In this document: positions 1-10,467 of the stretch, in pieces
Position numbering within the stretch: the first letter of the stretch is position 1
Layout: each line of letters begins with the position of its first letter
The notes under the pieces: model-generated
What the model was told of the DNA's origin: nothing
Database searches by the model: none
Seen by the model: the letters and a program-made list of their open reading frames with translations, nothing else
Assembly (NCBI GenBank): GCA_948907985.1
Contig: CAQWMM010000002.1
Location: 7,660-71,659, forward strand
Reading direction: 5' to 3'
Origin: an uncultured Bacillota bacterium
GTDB lineage: Bacteria > Bacillota > Dehalobacteriia > UBA4068 > UBA4997
Length of the DNA: 64,000 nt
Program-made: the position numbers and the translations under genes

Positions 1-405
1 TTTTTCTTCCGGCAGGCTGGTGTTGGCGGTAAGCTCCGCCGGTTCAATCCCCAGATATTGGCAGGCCAGCCAGAGATATTCGCTGCATAAATCCAAAGCG
101 CGTTGATAAAACTCGGCCAGCGCCAGATCGGTTTGGCGGTTGACATAGCCCTTTTCGCCGTAAAGACCGATTAAGTAGCCGGTCAGCGAGCCGCGCAGCG
201 GCGGCATTTCCTCAATCTGGGCCAGCGCGGCCACCAGCCTGGGCAAATATTCGGTATGCTCCGCGCCGAAAGCAATCAAATCCTGTACCGGTTGGGCCTC
301 AAAAAAAATCCTGGGCTGTTCCAGCTCGCCCAGCAGCAGGGTTTCGCTTTGGCAATAGGCCAGAAAATCAGCCAGCAGTTTAGCGAAAAAAGTTGTATCG
401 GGCAT
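1..405 (-). CDS. hypothetical protein, N-terminal part (CDS continues past the left window edge)
   Basis: Minus-strand frame is open from 405 down to 1. ATG at 405-403 has AAGGAG (complement of 413-418) 7 nt upstream. Starts MPDTTFFAKLLADFLAYCQSE. No family recognised. Confidence 0.55.
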   Translation of the reverse strand, partial: MPDTTFFAKLLADFLAYCQSETLLLGELEQPRIFFEAQPVQDLIAFGAEHTEYLPRLVAALAQIEEMPPLRGSLTGYLIGLYGEKGYVNRQTDLALAEFYQRALDLCSEYLWLACQYLGIEPAELTANTSLPEEK

Positions 406-496
406 AAAAAAACTCCTTAAAATTGATAATAAAAATATACAGATTAAATATTATCACAAAAAACCGCTTACGTCTATAAAAAATTTGGAAAAAACC

Positions 497-525
497 TTGC
501 GAATTGGACTGAAATATGGTAAAAT
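497..525 (+). promoter_or_regulatory. sigma-A type promoter upstream of secG
   Basis: TTGCGA (497-502), 17-nt spacer, extended -10 TGgTAAAAT (517-525). Confidence 0.45.
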
Positions 526-591
526 ATAATGCACTTTAATATGTTTAAAAGTTTTTAATTAATAAAGATGGCGCAAACGGAGGTGAAACTT

Positions 592-813
592 ATGACAATA
601 GCTTTGACGATTTTGCAAATGCTTTGCGCATTGGCGCTGATTATCAGCGTTTTGCTGCAATCCAGCAAAAGCGCCGGTCTTTCCGGCTCCATCGCTGGCG
701 GTGCGGAAACCTTTTTTGGCAAAAAAAAGGGCATGGATGAAATGCTTGCCAAATGCTCGATCGCATCTGCGGCTTTGTTTTTGCTGCTGACGCTTGTTTT
801 GGCGATGTTCTAA
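592..813 (+). CDS. secG: preprotein translocase subunit SecG
   Basis: 73 aa with two hydrophobic helices and the typical central LLQSSKSAGLSGSIAGGAE segment. GGAGGTG SD lies 6 nt before the ATG at 592. The track ORF start at 568 has no SD. Confidence 0.8.
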   Translation: MTIALTILQMLCALALIISVLLQSSKSAGLSGSIAGGAETFFGKKKGMDEMLAKCSIASAALFLLLTLVLAMF

Positions 814-869
814 AAATTTGGTTGTTAAAAGGGATGTTTATAAAATAATAGGAGGATAAGTAAAAAATT

Positions 870-2912
870 ATGAGTGAATTGAATTCAATGGCTCCCATAA
901 TTGCAGCGGTCTGCGGCGTTTTGGCGCTGCTGTTTGCCATTGTTCTGGCCAAGCGGGTAACCGCTGTTGAGCCGGGCAATGATAAAATGAAAGAAATTAT
1001 GGGCTCCATCCATGAGGGCGCCATGGCCTTTTTAAGCCGTCAGTATAAAACCCTGATTATTTTTGTGGCGGCTATGGCGGTGGTTATTGTGGTGGCCGGT
1101 ATGCTGACCGGCGGCACCGATGGCGGTTTGAACCCGCTGACGGTGGTTCCCTTTCTGGCCGGTGCGTTTTGCTCCATTTTGGCTGGCAACATTGGTATGC
1201 GTATTGCCACCAAGGCTAATGCCCGCACGGCTAACGCTGCCCAGCAAAGCGGCCTGAACAAGGCTTTGGGCGTTGCTTTTTCCGGCGGCGCAGTTATGGG
1301 TATGAGCGTGGTTGGCCTTGGTTTGTTAGGCCTGGGCGTGATCATTGTGCTGTTCCCCGGACAGTCTGCCGTTATTAACGGTTTCTCTCTGGGCGCTTCT
1401 TCCGTTGCGCTGTTTGGGCGTGTAGGCGGCGGCATTTACACCAAGGCTGCCGACGTTGGCGCTGACCTGGTTGGTAAGGTTGAGGCCGGTATTCCCGAAG
1501 ACGACCCCCGCAACCCGGCGGTTATCGCTGATAACGTGGGCGATAACGTGGGCGACGTGGCCGGTATGGGCTCCGACCTGTTTGAATCCTATGTTGGTTC
1601 GGTAATTGCCGCTATTGCTCTGGGTGCTTCACTGGCAATCGGCGCTAACGGCGAGGGAGTAATTGTGCCGCTGCTGCTGGCGGCCTGGGGTATTATCTCC
1701 AGTATTGCCGGTACTTTCTTTGTACGCACCGGCGAGGGCAAAAATCCCCAGAAAGCGTTGGACACCGGCACTTATGTTGCAACAATTCTTTCGATTATCG
1801 GTACTTTCGTGATTTGCAAATTTGTTCTGCCGGAAACTTTCCTGGACGGCAGATACACCAATATGGGCGTATTTATCGCCAGCGTGGCCGGTCTGGTGGC
1901 CGGTACTCTGATTGGCAAAATCACTGAGTATTACACCTCGGCGGAATATAAGCCGGTTAAGGAGATTGCCGCTTCCTGCGAAACCGGTACGGCGACCAAC
2001 ATCATTTCCGGTATTGCTACCGGTATGACTTCAACCGCTCTGCCGATTATCGTTATCTGCGCCGGCATTTTTGCCGCTTATTACTTCGCTGGTCTGTATG
2101 GCATTGCCATTGCCGCTGTTGGTATGCTTTCCACCACCGGCATTGTGGTTGCGGTTGACGCTTACGGCCCGATTTCTGATAACGCGGGCGGCATTGCCGA
2201 GATGGCCGGTTTGGAACATCATGTTCGCGAAATTACTGATAACCTGGACGCTGTGGGCAACACCACCGCCGCTATCGGCAAGGGTTTTGCTATCGGCTCG
2301 GCGGCGCTGACCGCTTTGGCGCTGTTCTCGGCCTACACACAGGCGGCCGGGGTTACCAATATTGATATTATGAACCCCATGGTGGTTATCGGCCTGTTTG
2401 TGGGCGGTATGCTGCCGTTCCTGTTCTCCGCTATGACCATGAGCGCGGTTGGCCGTTCTGCGTCGCATATGATTACTGAAGTTCGCCGTCAGTTCCGCGA
2501 GATCCCCGGCCTGATGGAGGGTACCGCTAAGCCAGATTATGCCCGCTGCGTTGATATTTCCACCACCGCCGCTTTGCGCGAGATGGTTATGCCGGCTGTG
2601 CTGGCTGTGCTGGCTCCGTTGTTTATCGGCCTGATTTTGGGGCCGGAGGCTCTGGGCGGCTTGCTGGCCGGTTCTCTGGTAACCGGTTTCCTGCTGGCTG
2701 TTATGATGAGCAACGCCGGCGGCGCCTGGGATAACGCCAAGAAATACATCGAAAACGGCCACCATGGCGGCAAGGGCTCTGATGCGCATGCCGCGGCTGT
2801 TAACGGCGACACCGTAGGCGATCCCTTTAAGGATACCTCCGGCCCGTCCATCAATATTTTGATTAAGCTGATGACGATTATTGCGCTGGTATTCGTGCCG
2901 CTGTTCCTGTAA
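870..2912 (+). CDS. hppA: membrane-bound pyrophosphatase (pyrophosphate-energized cation pump), K+-dependent subfamily
   Basis: 680 aa polytopic protein with [26 protein letters not shown] and [15 protein letters not shown] motifs. [10 protein letters not shown] (Ala rather than Lys) marks the K+-dependent class by established family knowledge. Confidence 0.9.
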   Translation: MSELNSMAPIIAAVCGVLALLFAIVLAKRVTAVEPGNDKMKEIMGSIHEGAMAFLSRQYKTLIIFVAAMAVVIVVAGMLTGGTDGGLNPLTVVPFLAGAFCSILAGNIGMRIATKANARTANAAQQSGLNKALGVAFSGGAVMGMSVVGLGLLGLGVIIVLFPGQSAVINGFSLGASSVALFGRVGGGIYTKAADVGADLVGKVEAGIPEDDPRNPAVIADNVGDNVGDVAGMGSDLFESYVGSVIAAIALGASLAIGANGEGVIVPLLLAAWGIISSIAGTFFVRTGEGKNPQKALDTGTYVATILSIIGTFVICKFVLPETFLDGRYTNMGVFIASVAGLVAGTLIGKITEYYTSAEYKPVKEIAASCETGTATNIISGIATGMTSTALPIIVICAGIFAAYYFAGLYGIAIAAVGMLSTTGIVVAVDAYGPISDNAGGIAEMAGLEHHVREITDNLDAVGNTTAAIGKGFAIGSAALTALALFSAYTQAAGVTNIDIMNPMVVIGLFVGGMLPFLFSAMTMSAVGRSASHMITEVRRQFREIPGLMEGTAKPDYARCVDISTTAALREMVMPAVLAVLAPLFIGLILGPEALGGLLAGSLVTGFLLAVMMSNAGGAWDNAKKYIENGHHGGKGSDAHAAAVNGDTVGDPFKDTSGPSINILIKLMTIIALVFVPLFL

Positions 2913-2941
2913 AATATTTAAGCTGAATAATTGCTGAAGTT

Positions 2942-2970
2942 GGGCAGGGCTTTGCGCTCTGCCCTGCTTT
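2942..2970 (+). terminator. intrinsic terminator after hppA
   Basis: 9-bp stem gggcagggc / gctctgccc (one G-U pair), 5-nt loop, followed by tgctttatat. Confidence 0.5.
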
Positions 2971-3074
2971 ATATAAAAGCAGTGTTAAAAGTTCCGGAAA
3001 ATTTCTGATTTTGTTCATATAATCTTCATAAATAATTGCTATATTTATAATGTGAAAACTGAAAAGAGATAAGT

Positions 3075-3851
3075 ATGTATTTTTTTACATTAGCCAGCAG
3101 CTCCAGCGGCAACTGCGCCCTGGCTTGCAGCGGCCAGACCAGGCTGTTGATTGACGCCGGCCTTTCTGCCGCCAAGCTGGAAAAAGCCCTGGCCGCGGTG
3201 GGCGAGCGGCCGGAAAATCTGACGGCTATCTTGCTGACGCACGAGCATATTGACCATATCAACGGGGTGGCCAGGCTGGCCTATAAATACAGCCTGCCGG
3301 TTTATGCCTCGCCCAAAACCTGGGCGGCGCTTGCCGACGTACCGTCCTATCTGCGGAATGATTACAGCTATGACCTGTGTTTGGGGGATTTTAGTTTGGA
3401 GTTCTGCAAAACCTCGCATGACGCGGTGCAGCCGGTGGGGCTGGTGCTGCGCGCCGAGGGGCGGCGTTTGGCTTATATCACCGATACTGGCTGTGTTACG
3501 CGGGGTATGCTGGCCGCTTTAAGCCAACCTTTGGACGGCCTGGTGCTGGAGGCTAATCACGACCGGCAAATGCTGGCGCGCGGTCCCTACCCTTATGTTT
3601 TGAAACAGCGGGTGAGCGGCGAGCATGGGCATATGTCCAATGAACAATGCGCCCAGCTTTTAAGCTGGTATTTGCAGCGCAACGGTTTGTGCCGGATTAT
3701 GCTGGCGCATTTGAGCGAAACCAACAATACGCCGGAGCGCGCTTACGCCGCGGCTGCCGGCGCTTTGCAGGCTTATGCCGGGGATGAGGCGGCGCAATGG
3801 CTAAGCGTGGCCCCGGCGGTGGGGCAGTCTGCCGTTTGGCAGTTTGACTGA
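3075..3851 (+). CDS. MBL-fold metallo-hydrolase, YycJ/WalJ-like
   Basis: 258 aa with HEHIDH (HxHxDH) motif and an N-terminus typical of YycJ. Followed by htrA-like and rlmH genes as at the end of the Bacillus walRK locus. Confidence 0.75.
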   Translation: MYFFTLASSSSGNCALACSGQTRLLIDAGLSAAKLEKALAAVGERPENLTAILLTHEHIDHINGVARLAYKYSLPVYASPKTWAALADVPSYLRNDYSYDLCLGDFSLEFCKTSHDAVQPVGLVLRAEGRRLAYITDTGCVTRGMLAALSQPLDGLVLEANHDRQMLARGPYPYVLKQRVSGEHGHMSNEQCAQLLSWYLQRNGLCRIMLAHLSETNNTPERAYAAAAGALQAYAGDEAAQWLSVAPAVGQSAVWQFD

Positions 3852-3920
3852 TTGGTTTTGCAAAAAAGAGGATTAAAATTGCTAAAAAGCTAAAAATAGT
3901 TGATAGAGAGGTGTTAAAAT

Positions 3921-5141
3921 ATGGACAATTTTTTAGATGATTTTGAAAACAAAGGCTCTGGCAAAACCAGACGCGGCGGCGGTTTTAAAACTGTTGTGCT
4001 GGCCTGCCTGCTTTGCGCGCTGATCAGCGCCGCAGTTTCCGTGGTGATTTGTACAGAGGTTCTGGGGCGTAATCAGACGGCGCAGAACAATCCGCCGGCT
4101 GAAGAAAACCAGCAGCTGGAAAATCAAACGCCGCAGGGCCTGAATATGAACAGCACGCCGCTGGTTAACGGCGTGCGCGAGGAGGACACTATTAATGTTG
4201 GCAAAAACGTTTCGCCGGCGGTGGTGTTTATCAGCAATATTCAGAATATGCGCACCTTTAATTATTACGGCTGGGGCAGCTCGCTTGGCTCGCGGGAGCG
4301 CGAGGTGGTGGCCAGCACCGGCAGCGGCGTTATTTATTCTGCCGACGGTTATATCATCACCAACAACCATGTGGTTTCCGGCGCTGAACGCCTGAGCGTA
4401 ACGCTGTTTGACGGTACCTCCTATCTGGCGGAGGTAGTCGGCACTGATGAGCGTACCGATTTGGCGGTGATTAAGATTGAGCCGGAAGCGGAGCTGACGG
4501 TGGCCACCTTTGGCGATTCCGATAAACTGGTGGTGGGCGAAACCGCTATTGCTATCGGCAATCCCGGCGGCGAGAATTTCACCAACTCTTTAACGCAGGG
4601 CGTAATCAGCGGTCTGGATCGCTCAATTTCCACCTCGGACGGCACGGTGCTTAAAGTGGTTCAGACGGACGCGGCCATCAATCCCGGCAACAGCGGCGGC
4701 GCGCTTTGCAATGCGCGCGGCGAGGTTATCGGTATTAACACCATCAAAATCAGCATGACCGGATATGAGGGCATGGGCTTTGCAATTCCCAGCAATGATG
4801 TGCTTTCGATCTGCCAGCAGCTGATTGAGCAGGGTAAAGTTGTCCGTCCGGCGCTGGGCGTGGGTATTGTCTGCAATATGACGCCGCAGCTGGCTTATTA
4901 TAATAACCTGACGCAGGAAACCGGCGTGGTTGTTGTGCCGACCGAGGGCGGCGCGGCGGCGGAGGCCGGCCTGAAAGATTATGATATTATTGTAGCGCTG
5001 GACGATCAGGAGATTGAAACTTATTCCGAGCTGCAAACCTATATTTTTAATCACCAAATTGGCGATACTATCAAAGTTTCGGTGGTGCGCGGCGAAGAAA
5101 AGCTTGACTTTAACGTCGTTTTGCAGGAGCTTGGCGACTGA
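3921..5141 (+). CDS. HtrA/DegP-family trypsin-like serine protease with PDZ domain
   Basis: N-terminal TM segment; TNNHV, DLAVIK and GNSGGAL catalytic triad contexts; C-terminal PDZ-like region. GAGAGGTG SD. Confidence 0.85.
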   Translation: MDNFLDDFENKGSGKTRRGGGFKTVVLACLLCALISAAVSVVICTEVLGRNQTAQNNPPAEENQQLENQTPQGLNMNSTPLVNGVREEDTINVGKNVSPAVVFISNIQNMRTFNYYGWGSSLGSREREVVASTGSGVIYSADGYIITNNHVVSGAERLSVTLFDGTSYLAEVVGTDERTDLAVIKIEPEAELTVATFGDSDKLVVGETAIAIGNPGGENFTNSLTQGVISGLDRSISTSDGTVLKVVQTDAAINPGNSGGALCNARGEVIGINTIKISMTGYEGMGFAIPSNDVLSICQQLIEQGKVVRPALGVGIVCNMTPQLAYYNNLTQETGVVVVPTEGGAAAEAGLKDYDIIVALDDQEIETYSELQTYIFNHQIGDTIKVSVVRGEEKLDFNVVLQELGD

Positions 5142-5629
5142 TGCAGTGCCGGATTTTAGCGGTGGGCAGCGTTAAGGAGCCTTATTTTGCCGACGGTATT
5201 AAAGAGTACCTGAAACGACTGCGCCCGATTTTCCCGGTAACAGTGCAGGAGGTTAAAGATTTGCCGGCCCCCAACAATGCCTCGGCGGCGCAGATTGCAC
5301 AGCTGGTGGCCAAAGAAGGGCAGAAGCTTTTGGAGCATTTGCCGGCAGAAAAAGCCGGGGCTATGGTGGTGGCCCTGGCGATTAAGGGCCGGCAGCTGTC
5401 ATCGCCGGAGTTGGCGGCCAAAATTGCCGAATGGAGTTTTGGCGGCAGCCGGGAGCTGGTGTTTGTGATTGGCGGCTCCTACGGGCTGGCCCCGGAGGTG
5501 TTGGCACGGGCGGACTTTCAGCTTTCTTTTGGGGCGGCCACCTATCCGCATCAACTGATGCGCCTGATCCTTTGCGAACAGATTTATCGCGCGGTGAAGA
5601 TTAATCGCGGTGAGCCCTACCATAAATGA
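5141..5629 (+). CDS. rlmH: 23S rRNA (pseudouridine1915-N3)-methyltransferase RlmH
   Basis: 162 aa SPOUT-type protein with FVIGGSYG and C-terminal GEPYHK. Start overlaps the htrA stop (TGATG). Confidence 0.85.
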   Translation: MQCRILAVGSVKEPYFADGIKEYLKRLRPIFPVTVQEVKDLPAPNNASAAQIAQLVAKEGQKLLEHLPAEKAGAMVVALAIKGRQLSSPELAAKIAEWSFGGSRELVFVIGGSYGLAPEVLARADFQLSFGAATYPHQLMRLILCEQIYRAVKINRGEPYHK

Positions 5630-5677
5630 CAAAAGTCCATAAGCAATGTAGTTACTTCTGAACTTTGCTAAAAAGAT

Positions 5678-5709
5678 AAGAGCGCTTCGGAAACTTCCGG
5701 AGCGCTCTT
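5678..5709. terminator. bidirectional hairpin terminator between rlmH (+) and the Uma2 gene (-)
   Basis: aagagcgcttcgg...ccggagcgctctt, about 13-15 bp stem between convergent genes. Confidence 0.55.
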
Positions 5710-5719
5710 GCTATGCGGT

Positions 5720-6292
5720 TTATTTAACTCGATAGAAAACATCCGCCAATTTGATTGTTAAATCATCATACAGGCTGCACTTAAATTTGGTGGGTATGGC
5801 AGTGCGTTCTTCATCGGTTAATTTATTGAGGTAATAATCCGGATGAACAGCATAGATTTCCTTAATCATAAATTTCCCGTCTGTAAGCAGATATTGCTCT
5901 ACGGTTTTGTTGTTGGGATCAACCAGCCAATATTCGCGCACGCCGCAGGCTTCGTAAACCTCTTTTTTATAAAAACGGTCATTTTTCGCGGTGCTGGGCG
6001 AAAGAACCTCAACCACCAGATCCGGCGCGCCGTAAATGCCGTCGTCCTTGATCTTATCAGGATCGCAGACGATCATAACGTCAGGTATAAATACATCTTG
6101 AGAGGTGAGGTACACATCGACACCGTCAGAAAATGGTGTGCAGTTTTTGCCGTACAAATAATTGGCAAAAATGTTATAGATATTCCCGGCAATAAAATTG
6201 TGCTTGATTGCAGGGCTGGGCGACATCACCACAACTTTGCCGTTGATTAATTCTTCACAAACTTCTTCCTGATAAGCTAAATCATCGTTCAT
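5720..6292 (-). CDS. Uma2 family (DUF820) PD-(D/E)xK endonuclease, paralog 1
   Basis: 190 aa with GAPDLVVEVLSPST...YKKEVY...GVREYWLVD, the Uma2 nuclease core. Exactly the same length as the ORFs at 27512 and 28131. Confidence 0.8.
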   Translation of the reverse strand: MNDDLAYQEEVCEELINGKVVVMSPSPAIKHNFIAGNIYNIFANYLYGKNCTPFSDGVDVYLTSQDVFIPDVMIVCDPDKIKDDGIYGAPDLVVEVLSPSTAKNDRFYKKEVYEACGVREYWLVDPNNKTVEQYLLTDGKFMIKEIYAVHPDYYLNKLTDEERTAIPTKFKCSLYDDLTIKLADVFYRVK

Positions 6293-6313
6293 ACGTTTGC
6301 CCTCCTTTGTGGT

Positions 6314-9300
6314 TTACTGCTGTTCGGCCAGGCGTTTATAGCCCTCGTAACGCTCTTTGGCGTCGCGGGCGGTTTTGGCAAAAAGCTGCTCGGCGTGTTC
6401 GGGATCAATTTTGAACAGGCTGTCGTAACGAACTTCGCCCAGCAGGAACTCGCGCAGGTCGGCAGTGGGGGCTTTGCTGTCCAGCGTAAAGGGATTTTGG
6501 CCGCTGGCTTTCAGATCCGGATTGTAGCGGTACAAATGCCAGTAGCCGGCCGCCACGGCGCGCGCCTGTTCCTCCATACCTTTATTCATACCGGCCTTGA
6601 TGCCATGGTTGATACAATGGCTGTAAGCGATCACCAGCGAGGGGCCGTCGTAGGCCTCGGCCTCGCGCAGAGCTTTCAGAGTTTGGTTCATATCCGCGCC
6701 CATGGCGATTTGGGCAACGTAAACATAGCCGTAAGACATGGCCATCATGCCGAGATCTTTCTTTTTGGTTTTTTTGCCGGTTACGGAGAATTTGGCGATT
6801 GCGGAGGCCGGGGTGGATTTGGAACTTTGGCCGCCGGTGTTGGAATATACCTCGGTATCGAAAACCAGCACGTTAACGTTTTCGCCGCTGGCCAGCACAT
6901 GATCCAAACCGCCGTAGCCAATATCATAGGCCCAGCCGTCGCCGCCGAAGATCCAGATTGATTTTTTGCCCAGATAATCGCGCTGTTCATAAATGCTTTG
7001 CAGCAGGGCGTTGCCGCTGTTTTCCAGCAGAGGCAGAAGTTCCGCGGCTGCCTGGACGCTGCCCTGCGCGTTATCGCGGCTAGCCAGCCAGTTTTGCAGA
7101 GCGGCGTTCAGCTTGGTATCCTGTTCTGTCTGCAAGGCCTGTTCAATCTGTTTGGTCAGGCGCTCGCGCTGCTGTTTAACAGCCAGGGCGATACCCAGGC
7201 CGTATTCGGCATTATCCTCAAACAGGCTGTTGCCCCAGGCCGGGCCTTTGCCTTTGGGATTGGTGGTGTAGGGCATGGCCGGGGCCGACGCGCCCCAGAT
7301 TGAAGAACAGCCGGTGGCGTTGGCAATGATCATCCGCTCGCCGAACAGCTGGGTAACCAGCTTGGCGTAGGGAGTTTCGCCGCAGCCGGCGCAGGCGCCG
7401 GAAAATTCCAGATAGGGCTGGCGCAGCTGCACGTTCTTAACGTTATCGGCGGGGATTCGGTCATCTTTGCTGCTGACGGTCATGGCGTATTCCCAGTTGG
7501 CAACGTCGGCGGACTGATGATCAAGCTCGACCATTTTAAGCGCTTTTTGTTTGGCAGGGCAAACCTCGGCGCAAAGCGAGCAGCCCTGGCAGTCCAACGG
7601 GCTGACCTGTACGCGAACCTCCAGCCCCTCCAGACCTTTGCCAATCGCCTTTTTGCTGATAAACTCCGCCGGGGCGGCGGCTTTTTCTTCCTCGGTCAGC
7701 AGGATGGGACGGATTGAGGCGTGCGGGCAAACCATTGCGCAGCGGTTGCACTGAATACAATTTTCCGGGACCCATTCCGGCACAAAGGGGGCCACGCCGC
7801 GTTTTTCCAGCTTGGCGGTGCCGGTTGGGAAAGTGCCGTCCGGCATATCCATAAAGGCGCTGACGGGCAGTTTGTCGCCCTGCTGGGCATTGATCGGGTC
7901 CAGAATTTTGCGGGCAAACTCTGGCCTTTCAGCCTGCGCGGCGTCGGCGGCGGTTGGCTGTTCGGCCGCTTGCAGCCAGCTTTGCGGCACGTCCACCTGG
8001 TGCAGCCGCTCCAGGCCGGCGGTAACGGCCTGCTTGTTCATATCCACCACGTTTTGCCCCTTGCGGCCATAAGCGTGTTCAATGCTGGCGTCCAGCGCGG
8101 CCACGGCCTTTTCCACCGGGATGATGTTGGCCAGTTTGAAGAACGCGCTCTGCATAATCATATTGGTGCGCTTGCCCAGGCCCAGCTCCTGCGCAATGCT
8201 TAGCGCGTCGATCGTATAGAATTTGATGTTGTTGGCGGCGATATATTGCTTCATGGCCGCCGGCAGTTCCTGATCCAGCTCTTCATCCTGCCATTTGCAG
8301 TTCAGCAGGAAAGTACCGTCGGGTTTTAAGCCCTCCAGCAGGTCGTAAGTATTAACATAAGAGGCGTTGGAGCAAGAAACAAAATCGGCCTGGCGGATCA
8401 GATAAGGCGCTTTGATTTTCTCCTGGCCAAAGCGCAGGTGCGAAATGGTGATACCGCCGGATTTTTTGCTGTCGTAGGCGAAGTAGGCCTGGGCGTTAAG
8501 CTCGGTTTCGTCGTTGATAATGGCTACCGCCTGCTTGTTGGCGCCCACGGTGCCATCGGAGCCAAGCCCCCAGAATTTGCACTGAATGGTACCGGCGGGC
8601 AGCATATCCGGCATATCCGCCTGCGGTGTGATTGAGGTGTGATAAACGTCGTCGTTGATTGCCACGGTGAAGTTGTTCTTGCGTTCGGCCGCCGGTTGGG
8701 CCAGGTTATTGAATACGCCCACAATGTCGGCGGGCATAGTGTCTTTAGAGGCCAGACCATAGCGCCCGCCAATGATTTCCACCTGTCTTTGCGCCTCAAA
8801 GAAAGCGGTCAGCACGTCCTGGTGCAGCGGCGTTGCGCTGCCCTGAACCTTAACCCGATCCAGAACCGCGATCCGCTGTACGGTATCCGGCAAGGGCGCG
8901 AACATAAATTCCGGCACAAAGGGACGGAACAGGCGCACCTGCAAAAAGCCAACCTTGCGCCCCTGCGCACGCAGATAATCGACCGCCTGGCAGGCGACTT
9001 CGCTGATTGAACCCATGGCGATAATTACATCGGTGGCGTCCGGCGCGCCGTAATAATCAAAGGGATGATAACTGCGGCCGCATTTCTCGCTGACCTGCTG
9101 CATATAATCGGCCACGATTGCCGGCAGCTTTTGATAATAGCCGTTGGCGGCCTCTCTGGCCTGGAAATAAATGTCCGGATTTTGGGCGGTGCCGCGCACC
9201 GTGGGGTGTTCGGGGTTGAGCGCCCGGGCGCGGAACTTCTGTACGGCGTCCCAGTCAAGCATGGCGGCCAGCTCTTGATAATCCCAGATTTCAATTTTCT

Positions 9301-9847
9301 GCTGCTCATGCGAGGTGCGGAAGCCGTCGAAGAAGTGCACAAAGGGGATACTGCCCTTAATCGCCGCCAAATGGGCGACTGCCGCCAAATCCATGGCCTC
9401 CTGCACGCTGGCCGAGCAAAGCATGGCAAAGCCGGTTTGGGTGCAGGCCATAATATCGCTGTGATCGCCGAAAATGCTCAGGGTGTGCCCGGCCAGCGTA
9501 CGGGCCGAAACGTGCATAACGCCGGGCAGCAGTTCGCCGGCAATTTTATACATATTGGGAATCATCAGCAATAACCCCTGCGAGGCGGTGAAAGTGGAGG
9601 CTAAAGCGCCGGCGGACAAAGCGCCGTGCAGCGCGCCCGCCGCGCCGCCCTCCGACTGCATTTCAGTTATAGAAACCTTTTGCCCAAAAATATTTTTGCG
9701 TCCGGCGGCCTGCCATTCGTCCACATATTCCGCCATTGTTGAAGACGGTGTGATCGGATAAATCGCCGCTACGTCGGTAAAAGCATAGGCTGTATAAGCC
9801 GCCGCCTGATTACCGTCCATTGTCGCTTGTTGTCTTTTCGCTGCCAT
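6314..9847 (-). CDS. nifJ: pyruvate:ferredoxin (flavodoxin) oxidoreductase
   Basis: 1177 aa single-chain PFOR with two 4Fe-4S ferredoxin motifs (CIQCNRCAMVCP, CQGCSLCAEVCP) and the TPP-binding GGDGWAYDIG motif. Confidence 0.95.
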   Translation of the reverse strand: MAAKRQQATMDGNQAAAYTAYAFTDVAAIYPITPSSTMAEYVDEWQAAGRKNIFGQKVSITEMQSEGGAAGALHGALSAGALASTFTASQGLLLMIPNMYKIAGELLPGVMHVSARTLAGHTLSIFGDHSDIMACTQTGFAMLCSASVQEAMDLAAVAHLAAIKGSIPFVHFFDGFRTSHEQQKIEIWDYQELAAMLDWDAVQKFRARALNPEHPTVRGTAQNPDIYFQAREAANGYYQKLPAIVADYMQQVSEKCGRSYHPFDYYGAPDATDVIIAMGSISEVACQAVDYLRAQGRKVGFLQVRLFRPFVPEFMFAPLPDTVQRIAVLDRVKVQGSATPLHQDVLTAFFEAQRQVEIIGGRYGLASKDTMPADIVGVFNNLAQPAAERKNNFTVAINDDVYHTSITPQADMPDMLPAGTIQCKFWGLGSDGTVGANKQAVAIINDETELNAQAYFAYDSKKSGGITISHLRFGQEKIKAPYLIRQADFVSCSNASYVNTYDLLEGLKPDGTFLLNCKWQDEELDQELPAAMKQYIAANNIKFYTIDALSIAQELGLGKRTNMIMQSAFFKLANIIPVEKAVAALDASIEHAYGRKGQNVVDMNKQAVTAGLERLHQVDVPQSWLQAAEQPTAADAAQAERPEFARKILDPINAQQGDKLPVSAFMDMPDGTFPTGTAKLEKRGVAPFVPEWVPENCIQCNRCAMVCPHASIRPILLTEEEKAAAPAEFISKKAIGKGLEGLEVRVQVSPLDCQGCSLCAEVCPAKQKALKMVELDHQSADVANWEYAMTVSSKDDRIPADNVKNVQLRQPYLEFSGACAGCGETPYAKLVTQLFGERMIIANATGCSSIWGASAPAMPYTTNPKGKGPAWGNSLFEDNAEYGLGIALAVKQQRERLTKQIEQALQTEQDTKLNAALQNWLASRDNAQGSVQAAAELLPLLENSGNALLQSIYEQRDYLGKKSIWIFGGDGWAYDIGYGGLDHVLASGENVNVLVFDTEVYSNTGGQSSKSTPASAIAKFSVTGKKTKKKDLGMMAMSYGYVYVAQIAMGADMNQTLKALREAEAYDGPSLVIAYSHCINHGIKAGMNKGMEEQARAVAAGYWHLYRYNPDLKASGQNPFTLDSKAPTADLREFLLGEVRYDSLFKIDPEHAEQLFAKTARDAKERYEGYKRLAEQQ

Positions 9848-9907
9848 TTGAAAATCAATCCCTTCTTTTTTAACTGCTATAAATTATGTTGAATTAATAA
9901 AACATCG

Positions 9908-10168
9908 TTAACCTAAAGTTTGCAGAGCCGCCGCCAGCATGGTTCCCGGCAGGCCCAGGCAGCCACCGGCCAGCAGCGTGATGTGATTTATCGGCAGGTA
10001 GAACCCCGCCGTGGGCGCCAGCCAGTTAATCAGCGCCAGCGCGCCGAAACCGGAAACGAAGTTGCCGGCCACCACCCCCAGGCTTTGGCTAAAGCTTTTC
10101 CCCAAAAGGGAGAGCAGCAAAAGCAGCGCCGCCGCCAGAGCCGCGGCATATAACACAGCAATCGGCAT
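9908..10168 (-). CDS. bofA: pro-sigmaK processing inhibitor BofA
   Basis: Small two-TM protein ending GCLGLPGTMLAAALQTLG, typical of BofA. Start placed at the ATG (10168) that has AAAGGAG 8 nt upstream. The track start at 10189 overlaps that SD. Confidence 0.7.
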   Translation of the reverse strand: MPIAVLYAAALAAALLLLLSLLGKSFSQSLGVVAGNFVSGFGALALINWLAPTAGFYLPINHITLLAGGCLGLPGTMLAAALQTLG

Positions 10169-10202
10169 TTTTTTTGCTCCTTTCATCATTTAAACTACAA
10201 CT

Positions 10203-10239
10203 TTGCAGAAATGATACTTGCAGAAACGTTATTTGCAGA
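10203..10239. repeat. three phased TTGCAGA direct repeats (15-nt period) between bofA and thiD
   Basis: TTGCAGA at 10203-10209, 10218-10224 and 10233-10239 (TTGCAGAAATGATAC / TTGCAGAAACGTTAT / TTGCAGATCAAAAAA). Confidence 0.6.
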
Positions 10240-10381
10240 TCAAAAAAGAAGTCCTTAAAAAATATGCCGCGGGCGGTGCAATATGCTGTTTAAATTGCCC
10301 TCTTTTTATTGTGCCATATCTTATGGAAAAAAACAATATTAAATGCAAAAGAAAACTAAAAAAATGCCGAATCCAGAGCAT

Positions 10382-10410
10382 TTACAAACCGTCCGGCAAT
10401 GTGCTATACT
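10382..10410 (+). promoter_or_regulatory. sigma-A type promoter upstream of thiD
   Basis: TTACAA (10382-10387), 17-nt spacer, TATACT (10405-10410). Confidence 0.45.
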
Positions 10411-10467
10411 ATAAATATGGAAAAAAATCAGGATTAACGCCCAAACCAATCAGTCAGGGGGATACAA

